A stretch of 64,000 bases of DNA, taken from the NCBI GenBank assembly GCA_951406725.2, contig OX597827.1:47244001-47308000 (forward strand), read 5' to 3'. Position 1 is the first letter of the stretch, and every line of letters starts with the position of its first letter. A program made the translations under genes and the position numbers. The notes under the pieces are model-generated. The model saw only the letters and a list, made by a program, of their open reading frames with translations, did no database searches and was not told the origin of the DNA. Source of the stretch: Octopus vulgaris. Lineage: Eukaryota. Shown piece after piece: positions 26,152 through 38,648 of this stretch.

Positions 26152-27466
26152 ACCATGTAGTTATACATTTGCTGAATCTGTTCAAAATCTTTTAAGCATG
26201 CTCTTTTTATCGCATTTTATGTGATTACATCATATACTAGCGAAGAAGAGTAGCTGTAGTGACACCTAAACTGATTCGATAGTGAAACAGGGAGCGAACT
26301 TTACTTTTGAATTCCCCTGTTACTTTTTAAATTGTCACCACATGATTTCTGGTGCAATACTCAATATAGATGGTCGAAAATCAAGCAGTGTAGAATCTTT
26401 AGACTCTTTAGAAGCTTTAGAAACTTTAGAAGCTGTAGACTCTCTTTATTAATGCCATCGGGTGAACCAACAGTTGAAAGATCTATGATATCGTTCGGCA
26501 AGCAATTCGGATAAATAAAATCGCGAGCTTCATTCTATTATGGTGTTTTAATGTCCAAAGTATTAGCTAAGAAGGAGGTTTTATTGTATATGATATCGCT
26601 GCGCAATAGAACAGCAAATATTTCTTCGTACAATACGATACTTTAAAATCTCGTCGTTGCACCTGATGAAGAAATCTTAATATAATCGCTCAACTTTCTA
26701 ATTGTCGCGGCGAAAGCCTGTTCAGTTTCTTTTCAATGATTAATTCAAAGGAAACAGAATAATATATATTATATAGCAGTTCGAGATGCTCAATTTATCA
26801 ACCGCACGCACCTGCTACAAATTATAAATTGAATTTAAAATTGTTACACTGTGAGTCATTATATAATGAATTTAAAATTGTTACCCTTCATGTCAAGCAA
26901 TTTGTAAGGATGCTTGACATGGAGCAAAGTACAGTGAGAAATTTACTTCAATAAATCGCGGTAGTTTATAAAGTTTCCCAAGGGATTTTCAGAGTAGTCA
27001 TTCGACTAGACCAACAAAATGAACCAAGTAAATCTCCATCCAATAAAGTCACGCCCATGCAGGTGTCCAATCTGTTAGAAATGGCGACCATGTTTCCTTT
27101 AGATAATGTCGTAAAATCGTATGCCAGCTTGATTAGGATTAAAAGCAAAAACCGCTACACTAATATTCTAATTCGAATCGAACTTATACTTTCCACTGTA
27201 TTGCATTTACTTATTTCGGTCAACAGATTGCCACCATGTTGCAGTACCACCTTGAAAGATTTTACCGAACAAATCGCTCCTCGGACGTATTTTTAAGCAT
27301 TGTTGTTACTTTATTCGTCTCTTTTCCCTAAATGCTAATTTGCAGAGCCATAAACAAACCAAGGTCGGTTATCCAACAGTGTTGCGCGATCGAACACTAG
27401 CACAAACACACACAAACACACACACACACACACAAACATACACACATATATACCTACCTACATATG

Positions 27467-27542
<76 letters not shown>

Positions 27543-27552
27543 TATATAAATT

Positions 27553-27730
27553 GTATACATACATGGTGACAGGGACCGTAATCGCAGGAAAAGCAGCCGT
27601 CGAGATACTTCCAGGCTTATCAGTAAGTTTCGGCCTTCGCCGTAGCCCCTTCATTGGGATCGGCCCGACTCGGCTAATTCGGGACGACTCTCTTTGTGTG
27701 ATTACGGTTCCTGTCAGCATGTATGTATAC
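27553..27730. mobile_element. GC-rich hairpin/MITE-like element
   Basis: Imperfect inverted arms of about 48 bp, GTATACATACATGGTGACAGGGACCGTAATCGC / GTGATTACGGTTCCTGTCAGCATGTATGTATAC. Confidence 0.65.
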
Positions 27731-28363
27731 GACTATGTGCTTTGACTGCAGCATTAGAACGTTTAGCTCTTATTTCTAGCAACGTATTTTTAAGGAAGGT
27801 TATAGTTCTCTTGGCTGGTATACGTATGCTTAGAGCTGCCTAAATATATTATTTAATATATATATATATATATAGCTAAACACACACATACACCACATAT
27901 ATGGATATATGCATATCGCCATATTCACCCAGACATTAGGAAGTTCCTATTCAATGCTGATCACAATGCGCTTTGCATTGTTTTATCTTTCGAACGATGC
28001 AGCCTCACTGGCTAGGCGAGTAGTAAGACATCCTTCATGTGGGCGAAGTACCTGACCGACGCAGGGTTGCTCATTTGCAACTGTGTGAAGTGGAAAGGCA
28101 GTGAACTGCAGTTCATTTCTCAAGACCTTAAAGAACGCCCGAGGCTCACAATCGTGACTGCAACACCCTAACCAACTGGCTAAGTGCCAATCTATGTATC
28201 TATATACACACATATAACATATACACACATAGACATATATGTAACATAGCCAAGTTAAAACAAAAAAATGCTTCTCTGCGTATGTGTGTGTATTTGCATG
28301 CATGCATACATACATACATAAATTCAAATATATACTTGCATACTCATGCAAACATTGATTTAC

Positions 28364-28455
<92 letters not shown>

Positions 28456-28479
28456 GTCTGTCTGTCTATATATATATTC

Positions 28480-28624
28480 AGGGTACATCATCTCCTACCC
28501 TGATGTAATCTCCAGGGATACAGGCATCCAGCAACAGGACCTCCGTAATGCCATGATGGACTGTGAAGTCTGGCGTAGCATGGTAAATTCCATTGTCTCG
28601 ACCACGGTCGAACAATGATGATGT
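28480..28624 (+). mobile_element. LINE (RTE-like) extreme 3' end with (GAT)n tail
   Basis: [41 protein letters not shown] followed by TGATGATG. Confidence 0.65.
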
Positions 28625-28670
28625 TGATATATATATGTATATATATATATATATCACTCTCTTTCTATTT

Positions 28671-28780
<110 letters not shown>

Positions 28781-29000
28781 ATGTGGATAATAGATGTTTT
28801 CGGTATCTAGAAGACCCAAAATTGCAGGTAAGTTTATGTAAGTGTGACGGAAGGACCATAGTTAGACTCTCGGTTCGATTACAGAATGAGTGAGGAGTCT
28901 AGTGCGGGTCATGTATGAGCATATATATATGTTAAGTAAAATTAGGCAACAAAGCTGAGGTCGTGTGAAATTTCTAGGACATTTATAAATAGAAAGGTAG

Positions 29001-29046
29001 TCTTACAGATATTTCAGGAATATGAGGGATATCCCTTCATCAGAGA
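29001..29046 (-). ncRNA. Minimal hammerhead ribozyme, slightly decayed
   Basis: tct-CTGATGA-aggga...ttcct-GAAAT-atct-GTA-aga. Confidence 0.65.
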
Positions 29047-29808
29047 GGATATAAGAGAGTTAAAAAGAAGGAATCAGTAGAGTTCCATATAAGAAGTTAA
29101 TTGGAAAGTGAGAGATGTAGGAAGTATAAAGAGAGATAAGCGAGTAAAAATATATGTTAGATGTTACAGTTGCAGTTGCATTATCCAAGGAAAGTGCTGG
29201 GTAGAACGTGTAGAAATGCTTCTTGTCCAAATTCGGATAACAGTTCATATTTTCTTACTTTAAATGGATAGTGTAGAAACAAAGGGGTCTACAAGAGAGT
29301 CGGCGTGAAATATGAAAGAATTTTCTCTTTTGCCTGAGCGTCAAACTAATACATTTGCGTATTATTCCTACACCTGTCTCACCATTTTTCAGTAAGTTTG
29401 TTTATATAGAAATGTCGCTTTAAATCGGAGAAAATATATATTATTATTATGATATATTATTATAGATAATATTGTAATAATAGACTGACATAATCGCTTT
29501 CTCTCCGCAACTTCCAAAGCTTTCTTGATTGTTTATAAATATCATATGTAGTATTAGACAGTTTAAGTACATATATACATAACATTTGGCTAAAATTGAT
29601 GGGTGGGCGTTTGGCTAATAGGATGCGGTTGTAGCTAAGTAAGCGTTGACATGTGGGTTCGATTCTGGCTAGGGTTAGCTCATCAACTTTCAGACAATTT
29701 GTTTATATATAAGTCTCGCTTTAAATCGGAGAATATGTATACCCACTTTATAATGTTATTAATTATCATGAAAATGATTATATGTATTGATGGAAAACCT
29801 CTATAAAC

Positions 29809-29890
29809 GGCTGATGATTACTCAACATTTTAAAACTTTTGTAATACTGATAATGTTTAATAAAATGATGTAACGTGAAACGATCGTACC
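29809..29890 (+). ncRNA. Minimal hammerhead ribozyme, decayed helices
   Basis: gg-CTGATGA-ttac...gtaa cgt-GAAAC-gatc-GTA-cc. Confidence 0.6.
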
Positions 29891-30357
29891 AAATTACCGA
29901 AGATATTCTTGTTGCTTATTTTGATTATAATCACCTCATGGATTTATATGGATAACACCGTACAACATTCTGGTGCATCTAACCTAAGTACCATATTCAT
30001 TTGAATCTACATTTTGCTGAATATATATATGCAAATATACATACGTATATGTACATATACGTCTATACACATGGAAAGCAAACAACATAAAGAATGACCC
30101 ATCATCAGATGTTGGCTGATTTTCTAGTCTCGCATTTCGACCGTGCCCGTCCCGCATATGCATATATATTAAGAAAACATCCAACAACTAATGAAGAGTA
30201 GCTCTTTATATTTGTTTTGTTATCCATTTATGTCTTTCATTGTTCAAAACAATAATTCATGTTCCCTGTTCTCGTACTTCATAGTTTTTTTTTATTGTAT
30301 ACGTTTCATGACACACATCCTGTGCCCACATATGCATATATATATATATATATATAT

Positions 30358-30578
30358 ATCTATACAATAATATGTTACATTACTCGATAGTCAAGATAAA
30401 AGTCTGAGTTTCAGATGCCGAAGTGGAAATCCACAACACCATCTCTTCGGCATCTGAAACTCAGAGTTTTATCTTGACTATCGAGTAATGTAACATATTA
30501 TTGTATAGATAAATTTCCTCTATTTACGTAATATTGAGGTCTCTTTCTTTCTTTTGTTATCTTACCGTTTTATCAATA
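30358..30578. mobile_element. Fold-back element in (TA)n with the inversion point inside an HHR core
   Basis: Arms 30358-30423 / 30445-30510 (1 mismatch); minus strand reads cCGAAGA-gatg...catct-GAAAC. Confidence 0.75.
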
Positions 30579-30683
30579 CATATATATATATATATATATA
30601 TACGTATAGATGTATGTACATATATATTTGTATATGTGCATATATATGTATATTATTTATAGCATTATATATATATGTCTTTT

Positions 30684-30880
30684 TTATTCTCTTATTTGTT
30701 TCAGTTATTTGACCGCGGCCATGCTTGGACGCCGCTTTTGGTCGAACAATCTACCCCAGGGCTTATTTTTTCTAAGCCTTATACTTATTCTGTAGGTCTC
30801 TTTTGTAGAACCGCCTAGTTACGGGGACGTAAACTCACCGACATCAGCTGTTAAGCGATGGTGGTGTGAGAAACATAAAC
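30684..30880. mobile_element. Dispersed repeat family E
   Basis: TTTCAGTTATTTGACCGCGGCCATGC...AGTTACGGGGACGTAAAC. Confidence 0.7.
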
Positions 30881-30902
30881 GCACACACACACACACACAC
30901 AT

Positions 30903-30968
<66 letters not shown>

Positions 30969-31170
30969 GTTTAAGTAGTTGAATGAATTATCCTAGTATG
31001 GATAATTCGGTTAACCGATACCCGGGTAGCAAATTAACGTCAGAAAGCACGGTTGAAGCTACATGCCAAGGGCAGAAATCACGTGCTTTCGTGTGGAAAT
31101 TTGTGTGTTTTTTTTACTATAGATAAATGAAAGAATGGAGTCGAACGACGATTTAACAAAATTCCTTTAT

Positions 31171-31251
31171 TCTCGACACATGTTTCGAAGACTGTATATT
31201 CTTAATTCCGAAAGAATAAAGAGTGTATTATGCCGTCTTCTCATCAGGAAA
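31171..31251 (-). ncRNA. Minimal type I hammerhead ribozyme, canonical core with GUC site
   Basis: tttc-CTGATGA-gaagac...gtcttc-GAAAC-atgt-GTC-gaga. Confidence 0.85.
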
Positions 31252-31292
31252 GACAAGGAACTTATGTCAGCATCATGACGAACAAAAACTTT

Positions 31293-31357
31293 TAGATGAC
31301 TGCTCACACGGAGTCCATAGTCATTATCACTATGGACTCCGTGTGGGCAGTCATCTA
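31293..31357. repeat. 29-bp-arm hairpin capping the HHR element
   Basis: TAGATGACTGCTCACACGGAGTCCATAGT-cattatc-ACTATGGACTCCGTGTGGGCAGTCATCTA (one G:T). Confidence 0.9.
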
Positions 31358-31366
31358 TGCATATAT

Positions 31367-31516
31367 ATGACGAGCTTTTTCAGTATCCGTCTACCAAATA
31401 CGCTCACAAGTGTTTGGTCTTCCCGAGCCTATAGTGGAAGACACTTGTCAAGGTGGCACGCAGTGGGAAGGAACCCGTACCTAGTGTTTGAGAAGCATGC
31501 TTCTTACCACACAGGC
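31367..31516 (-). mobile_element. SINE family D
   Basis: GACGAGCTTTTTCAGT..CGTCTACCAAAT...GCTTCTTACCACACAG. Confidence 0.7.
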
Positions 31517-32225
31517 ACGCAGAATATATACATACACACACACAACACACACACACACACACATACACATACACACGCACAGTCACATATATATAAATTA
31601 CACAGTGTGTATATAATTAGGCAACTGGGTAAATACACAGTTAAATTGACAGGTCAAGCGAAATGCAAATATTCGTGCCGAAGTAGGTGGCCAGTTCGAT
31701 CATGTGAGGAAGTATATAAAACGCACACGATTATAAACCAGGTTCCCTGCAGGATATCTTACGAATAAAAGTTTCTAGAATATTTTAAGTACATGAAATA
31801 TAAGACTTGTTCTCTGATCAAAAATATATTTAAAATCGGAAAACCAGCGTGAATATCGTTGCTGATAATATTTTATTTGATTTTCGGTTTTCGTATTAAA
31901 ACTTATTTTCATATAAAAAAAAAAAATTTTTACACGTAAGGAAAAAAAAAACAAGTCAAAACGAATACATAGAAATCATATTCGATTGAAAAATATCAGA
32001 TGCATGGATCTATGCTTATGGATATTTGAAGTCGAAACGAAAATATATATGGAATTAAATAAGTCAAGACAAGCATTGACAAACCCACATAATTTCATAC
32101 ATACTGAGTTACATATATGCAACTGTTTCCAAGTGCTTATTTAACTAGGAATATATTTGTCGACCACATAATCCATCGCTACTGAAATATCTATATACGT
32201 ATCTCTTCCTATATACGTATCTCTT

Positions 32226-32268
<43 letters not shown>

Positions 32269-32393
32269 GTTTGTAGGTACTTTTCAGTTGAATTATAAAT
32301 ATATTTTATAAACTTTTAATCACATGGAAATAGTTCAGCAGAAGTCTAAATATATATTTCAAAGTTTGTGTTGCAAAAATTTTAACATATATG

Positions 32394-33278
32394 CAGGGTG
32401 CCGTAAATATATTACCGTCTAAGGTACCTAAAAATGAAAATAGCACTGGCATCTCATTTTAACGGATATTTTTTTACCAAAATTACATTGAAATACTGAA
32501 ACGAAAATTTATTCAATAAAATCACCATTGGCTCCGACCACGGCTTCAAGACGACTTCTGAATCTCCTGCAACTCTTCTTATTGCTCTCCTCGTTTAAGT
32601 TGGTAAAAGCTTACCATAATCCTTGCCTTCAATTCATCTTTGGTGTTACAAGAACTTTTGTTCATCTCTCGCTCAACTGCGTCCCACATATAATAATCAA
32701 GAGGGTTGCAGTCTGGGGAGTTAGGTGGCCAGATGTTAGGGGTGATGTGGTCTCAGAAATTGTCTGACAGCCATGACTGTGTTTTCTTGCTTGTGTGGCA
32801 TGGTGCAGTATCCTGTTGCGAGACATAGTGTCTTCCAGTTCCCGCAGCTCCCCCCTCTTGACTCAGTACTAGGGCCTCCAGGCACTTGATGTAGACGATC
32901 GTGTTGTGCCCGAGGTCGTGTGGGAAGATGAATGGAGGCGTTACGTCACCATAACTAGTGATGACTCCAAACACCATCGTGTTGACTGGATGTTTGATTT
33001 TTATCACTCTCGTTGTACAGGTTTTGGGGACACGACCATCTAACGGTTCTATGTAATACACCATGTGTTCGTATTGGAGCTTCCTGCGCGAACGCCAAGC
33101 AGTGCAACATGTTTCCAAATTTCTTTTAGGAGACTGAATTGCGTCATCGTGCTGTTTCTCTCACAGACGGTGCCCACCTGACCCTACTATACTATGTTGT
33201 CGACAAAATTAAAAACAAACGATGTGCATGCGCGATATGAAAACTATAAAATGGCAACAATTTTCCCATAGGAACCTA
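32394..33278 (-). pseudogene. Tc1/mariner maT-type (DD37D) transposon relic
   Basis: MVFGVITSYGD...QQDTAPCHTSKKTQSWLSDNF*DHITPNIWPPNSPDCNPLDYYMW: 37 residues between the 2nd and 3rd catalytic Asp; left end CAGGGTG. Confidence 0.85.
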
Positions 33279-33303
33279 TATATTTATATATATATACGGG
33301 ACC

Positions 33304-33350
<47 letters not shown>

Positions 33351-33519
33351 AATATTAGGGAATGAATCCAAAATTACAGGGAAAAATCAGATTTAGGGTT
33401 AAATCCAATTTTATAGTAAAATATTATATAATATAATTCGAGACAAAACCACTATTTTAAAATCAAACAAGGAAAGACTTAATCAATACATAAAATTTTA
33501 ATATAAATTAAATAAACCG

Positions 33520-33563
33520 CCACTACAATTGTTTCCTGTCTGCTACCGACATTCTTCAGGTGG
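33520..33563 (-). ncRNA. Minimal hammerhead ribozyme
   Basis: ccac-CTGAAGA-a tgtc ggtagca gaca g-GAAAC-aatt-GTA-gtgg. Confidence 0.8.
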
Positions 33564-33628
33564 ATTTTCGATCTTCTAATCAGTATCAAATTACTTCATA
33601 ATTTGATACTGATTAGAAGATCGAAAAT

Positions 33629-33671
33629 CCACCTGAAGAATGTCGGTAGCAACAGGAAACAATTGTAGTGG
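33629..33671 (+). ncRNA. Minimal hammerhead ribozyme (inverted duplicate, 1-nt deletion in helix II)
   Basis: ccac-CTGAAGA-atgtcggtagcaacag-GAAAC-aatt-GTA-gtgg. Confidence 0.75.
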
Positions 33672-33752
33672 CGGTTTATTTAATTTATATTAAAATTTTA
33701 TGTATTGATTAAGTCTTTCCTTGTTTGATTTTAAAATAGTGGTTTTGTCTCG

Positions 33753-33864
<112 letters not shown>

Positions 33865-34839
33865 CACTGTGATCACTGTGACCGACCAGGCTATCAGATG
33901 TTGTTACACATCGCTGGTCACAATGCGCTTCACATTGTTTTAGCCTTCAAATGACGCCACCCCACTGGCTAAGTGAGCAGGCCAATATATATATATATAT
34001 ATATATGAGAGATTTTGGTATACACAAAACCTGAGATAGCAGTGGCAGGTAAGGCTATGTAAGTGCTAGAAATTTCACACTGCCTTGGCTTTGTTGTGTC
34101 ATTTTATTTAACACATAGACATACACGTACTCACACACAAAACGCACACACACACATACATACACACATGTTCAAACACATAAACTTATATATATATATA
34201 TATGTGTGTGCGTCACACAGACCCCCCCACACACACAAACACATGGTTAAAATTTATTGAGAAAGCAAAAGACGAAGAACGTGTTATTAATTTGACGCTC
34301 GAGAGAAAATGGAAAAGTATTTTACCTTTGAAGGTTACGCTGTTCGACAGAAAGATATATGTGAAAATAAAGAGAGAATGAAAAACAAAACGTTTATAGT
34401 TCAGTGGGTCAGCATGGCGAAAGATGGATAAAAAGATGTAAAAGAGAAAGATATCGCGAAAAATATTTTTAGATGTGTGAAGATAAAGATATAGAAATAT
34501 GATTTTTGCGTATCTGCGTCCATATTGATCAAATCTTACTGCAATGTTTTACTTCAGACGTTCTCACTTTGAAGCTGATTAAGCGTCGTCATATCTTTTA
34601 TCTTTTATTTGTTCCAGTTATTAGTCTGCAGCCATGCTGCAGCATCACCTTGAAGAGTGTCTAGTCGAACGATTCGAAATCCGTATTTACTTTTTAAGCC
34701 AGGTACTTATTCTATTGATCTCTCTTGCCAAACCGGTATGTTACGGTTGATGTAAACATACCAGCACCGGTTGGCAAGAGGTGATGGTGAGAAACATGAA
34801 TACAAAGATGCACACACACACATACAAACACACGCGCGC

Positions 34840-34891
<52 letters not shown>

Positions 34892-34899
34892 GTATGTAT

Positions 34900-35174
34900 G
34901 GAGGTGTAATGGCCCACTGGTTAGGGCAGCAGACTCGCGGTTTCGATTCCCAGACCGGGCGTTGTGAGTGTTTATTGAGCGAAAACACCTAAAGCTTGAC
35001 GACGCTCCGACAGGGGGTGGTGGCGATCCCTGCTGTACTCTTTCGCCACAACTTTCTCTCATTCTTTCTTCTGTTGGCCTGCTTGCTTAGCCAGTGGGGT
35101 GGCGTCATTTGAAGGCTAAAACAATGTCAGGCGCTTTGTGACCAGCGATGTGTAGCAACATCATGGTGATCACG

Positions 35175-35177
<3 letters not shown>
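34900..35177 (+). mobile_element. SINE family B, tail type 3, ending in (TA)n
   Basis: GGAGGTGTAATGGCCCACTGGTTAGG...GGTTTCGATTCCCAGACC; the tail also occurs alone, reversed, at 33865-33984 and about 27955-28025. Confidence 0.8.
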
Positions 35178-35229
<52 letters not shown>

Positions 35230-35446
35230 GCATATATATATATGCGTGTGTGTGTGTCTGTGTAAATATAAGATCCAGGGACTGAGGTGTAGGGAGAAAG
35301 TTAGCTTCAATCAATCCGTAGTAAATATAAAAAAAACAACTTTCAGGGACAATAATGCTTAATTCAGACGGAAGGTTGTGGGTTGTTTTCGTATCGAAGT
35401 ACGCTATACAGAAAAATTCTTTTTATGTTGCTCAGTAGGCAACCAG

Positions 35447-35611
35447 ATCTTCCGTCCGTCTACCAAATCTTCTCACAAGGCTTTGGTCAGCCTTAAGCAA
35501 GAGTGAAAGGCACATACCCAAGGTGTCACGCTGTGGAACTGAACGCGGAATCATGTGGTTGGAAATCCTGCTTCTTACCACACAGCCACACCTTTCCAGA
35601 GAAGAGAAAGC

Positions 35612-35653
<42 letters not shown>

Positions 35654-35961
35654 ATAATGAAAAAAAAAAAAAATAATAATAAACAAACGATGACTAGCAA
35701 TTTAGAATTTCTATTCTACCATACACAAATTATAAGCATCAGAATAGATACAAGTTAATTTTCTTCACTTATATAATCGAAGAAATAAATGAATTATAAC
35801 AGACATAGCACTAACCTTGGTTATGTGGTACTTTACTGGTTTCCCAAACACGTGGTTCTGGGTTCTATGCCACTGTATGGTTTCTTGGGATAATGTCCTC
35901 TACTACAGCCTCGAGCTGATCAATCTTGCCAGTGCATTTGTTAGATAGAAAGAAGCCTGTC

Positions 35962-35965
<4 letters not shown>
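35447..35965. mobile_element. Two SINE family D copies in opposite orientation (35447-35592 minus, 35815-35965 plus) around (AAT)n
   Basis: Similarity to the 19323 and 31367 copies. Confidence 0.6.
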
Positions 35966-36007
<42 letters not shown>

Positions 36008-36010
<3 letters not shown>

Positions 36011-36741
36011 ATATTTAAACACATACAGAATCTACTTATAGGGATTCTACGCATTAGAAAGAATAGCTAAGTTCTATGACCACAAAAGATTCGGGATAAA
36101 ATTCGACAGGAATAAATCTGGAAATGAAAAACATTTACCATCTAGTTTCCTGGACCAATTGGTTTCTAATCATCTTTTAACGAGTCATGGAGAACTCACA
36201 AGGTTTGATTTTCTTCAGCAGGTCCAATCTAGTGCTAAACGTATCCACACGAGACAAAACAAGGCTACCTGTCTCGTATTTATACGAGCTAACTTTTCAA
36301 AATTACTGCGCAGACGCAGTCCTTCGTTGGCTACAATAAAAAACCGCCAACATATTAACCGAAAATTATCCAAAAACTTACAGTATTTAATCATATCAAA
36401 GGGAAATGGAATTTAATTAAAATTAAAAACATTCAATTGAAATTTACATTTAACGCGTAAAAATTTACATTCTAACGCGTAAAAAAAATTTTAGTCAAAA
36501 AGACTATATATTAGTCATACGATATAGTGTATATTTAAACACATACAAAATCTACTTATAGGGATTCTACGCATTAGAAAGAACAGCTAAGTTCTATGAC
36601 CACAAAAGATTCGGGATAAAATTCGACAGGAATAAATCTGGAAATGAAAAACGTTTACCATCTAGTTTCCTGGACCAATTGGTTTCTAATCATCTTTTAG
36701 CGAGTCATGGAGAACTCACAAGGTTTGATTTTCTTCAGCAG
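36008..36741. repeat. 214-bp direct duplication (36008-36221 and 36528-36741)
   Basis: About 4 substitutions between copies, 520-bp offset. Confidence 0.9.
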
Positions 36742-37254
36742 CTTTTTGTAGCTTTTTTACGTTTAATTACCCATTTTCGTTCACCAAATGATAGTCCGAT
36801 GCATTTAGTTTTATTTGGACCGCCCACAACCTTAATGTGATGGACTTGCCTCGCGTTTGTTCGTCAGTTATAAAATGGGATGTTCTGGCTGGTTAAGTCC
36901 CCAGAGAGAAGAAAGTTTTTTCTACGAGCAGTCACGGACATTGGCGTGCAAACAATTTTGATTTCAAATGGCAGTTTTCAGTTTCAGCTGATTTCGAGAC
37001 ATTCTACTAACCTTTGAATAGAAGTAACCAGAATTAATGTGATAATGTATTCAGGCTTTTCTTTAAATTCAATTCCACATTTTGATGAAGATTTAAATAT
37101 TTATGTTTTAACAACTAAATGTTTTACCAGTTTGATTTATTAGATTTCCTTGCGGTCTATTGTAATTTGCCTCCGAATTCATTTATTATTATCTATCTTG
37201 AATTAATTGAACAGACTTTACTGCAATTCATACATCCGCATACATAACATACTG

Positions 37255-37363
<109 letters not shown>

Positions 37364-37455
37364 TATGTATATACATATATATATATATATATAAATATAT
37401 GTATATATATATATATATATATAAATATATGTGTATATATATATATATATATAAA

Positions 37456-37487
<32 letters not shown>

Positions 37488-38418
37488 CGTTCTTATATAC
37501 ATCCTTTAATATCTTATATCTAAACCTGGACGCGTGGGCATCTGTGTATGTGTATGTAAGGATGGACGTACGTATGTATATATGGGTGTGTACACGTATA
37601 ATGTCCGTGTACATATGCGCATATTCTGTTGTATGTATGTTTATATACGCGCGTGTGTGTGGGTGTATATGTGTTTATGTACATGTTTACACGTGAGTGT
37701 GTATGTATGCTTATATGCTTGGAGCCGTGTATGCGCGCGTATATGTGCGCGTGTATATGGGTGTATGTATCCATGATGGTATGTATGTACAAGATGACCA
37801 ATTAATTCAAAGAACTAGATTAACCGCTCAACAGCTCTGATTTACAATACACTAGGTCCCCAGACGACCCTGTTGATTTATTGACACCCAAAGCTTCTAC
37901 AACTAAATTTTATCAATTTCCTGACCACCATGTTTGGTCCGTAACCTCTATACATCCCTTATCTTTATATTTTTTACATTTTTTTATATTTTTATCATTT
38001 TTATTCCTATTTTAATTTTTTTACTTGTTACTTTTATTTCTATTTCTATTTTTACTTTATAACCTTATGCCTTTATATTCATTTATATTTCTTTATATTC
38101 TTTATATCCCCTTTATATCTCCTTATATCTCTTTATATCTTTATACTCTACATTTTTATATTTTTCTATACTTACACTTTTTATATATTTTTTATCCTTC
38201 GTCCTGAATTCTCGCCCCTCCATCTTCACGTCTATATATGTATTTATTTATTTACATTACTTCAACATCCAAATTTCCTCATTCTAGATTGAGAGAAGAA
38301 AGAGATGGACGCTTCAATTCTATGTTGTTGCCGCATTATGTCGTACGCGAATGAGAGGATTTGCATCCCCAACCAAGAATTTTTGATGTAACACATGCCC
38401 TTGTGGAAGCTGTTGTGC

Positions 38419-38496
38419 GCGGCTGAAGAAGGCCACAGACATACATTATGCATTGTTATAAACCTGTCTAATAAAGGCCCGAAACATATGTACTGC
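38419..38496 (+). ncRNA. Minimal type I hammerhead ribozyme, canonical core
   Basis: gcgg-CTGAAGA-aggcc...ggccc-GAAAC-atat-GTA-ctgc; element ends in (TA)n at about 38530. Confidence 0.82.
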
Positions 38497-38529
38497 TGAA
38501 TCCTTGGCATCATGTTTTTATTTTGATCA

Positions 38530-38648
<119 letters not shown>

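Noticed and set aside
26660-26725. CTGATGA...GAAA possible hammerhead
   Set aside because: Helices I and III do not pair, and GAAA is displaced from the candidate helix II.
29620-29670. tRNA-like A/B boxes (GTAGCTAAGT..GGTTCGATTC)
   Set aside because: No cloverleaf; decayed SINE head. The same applies to the other SINE heads, so no tRNA gene is called.
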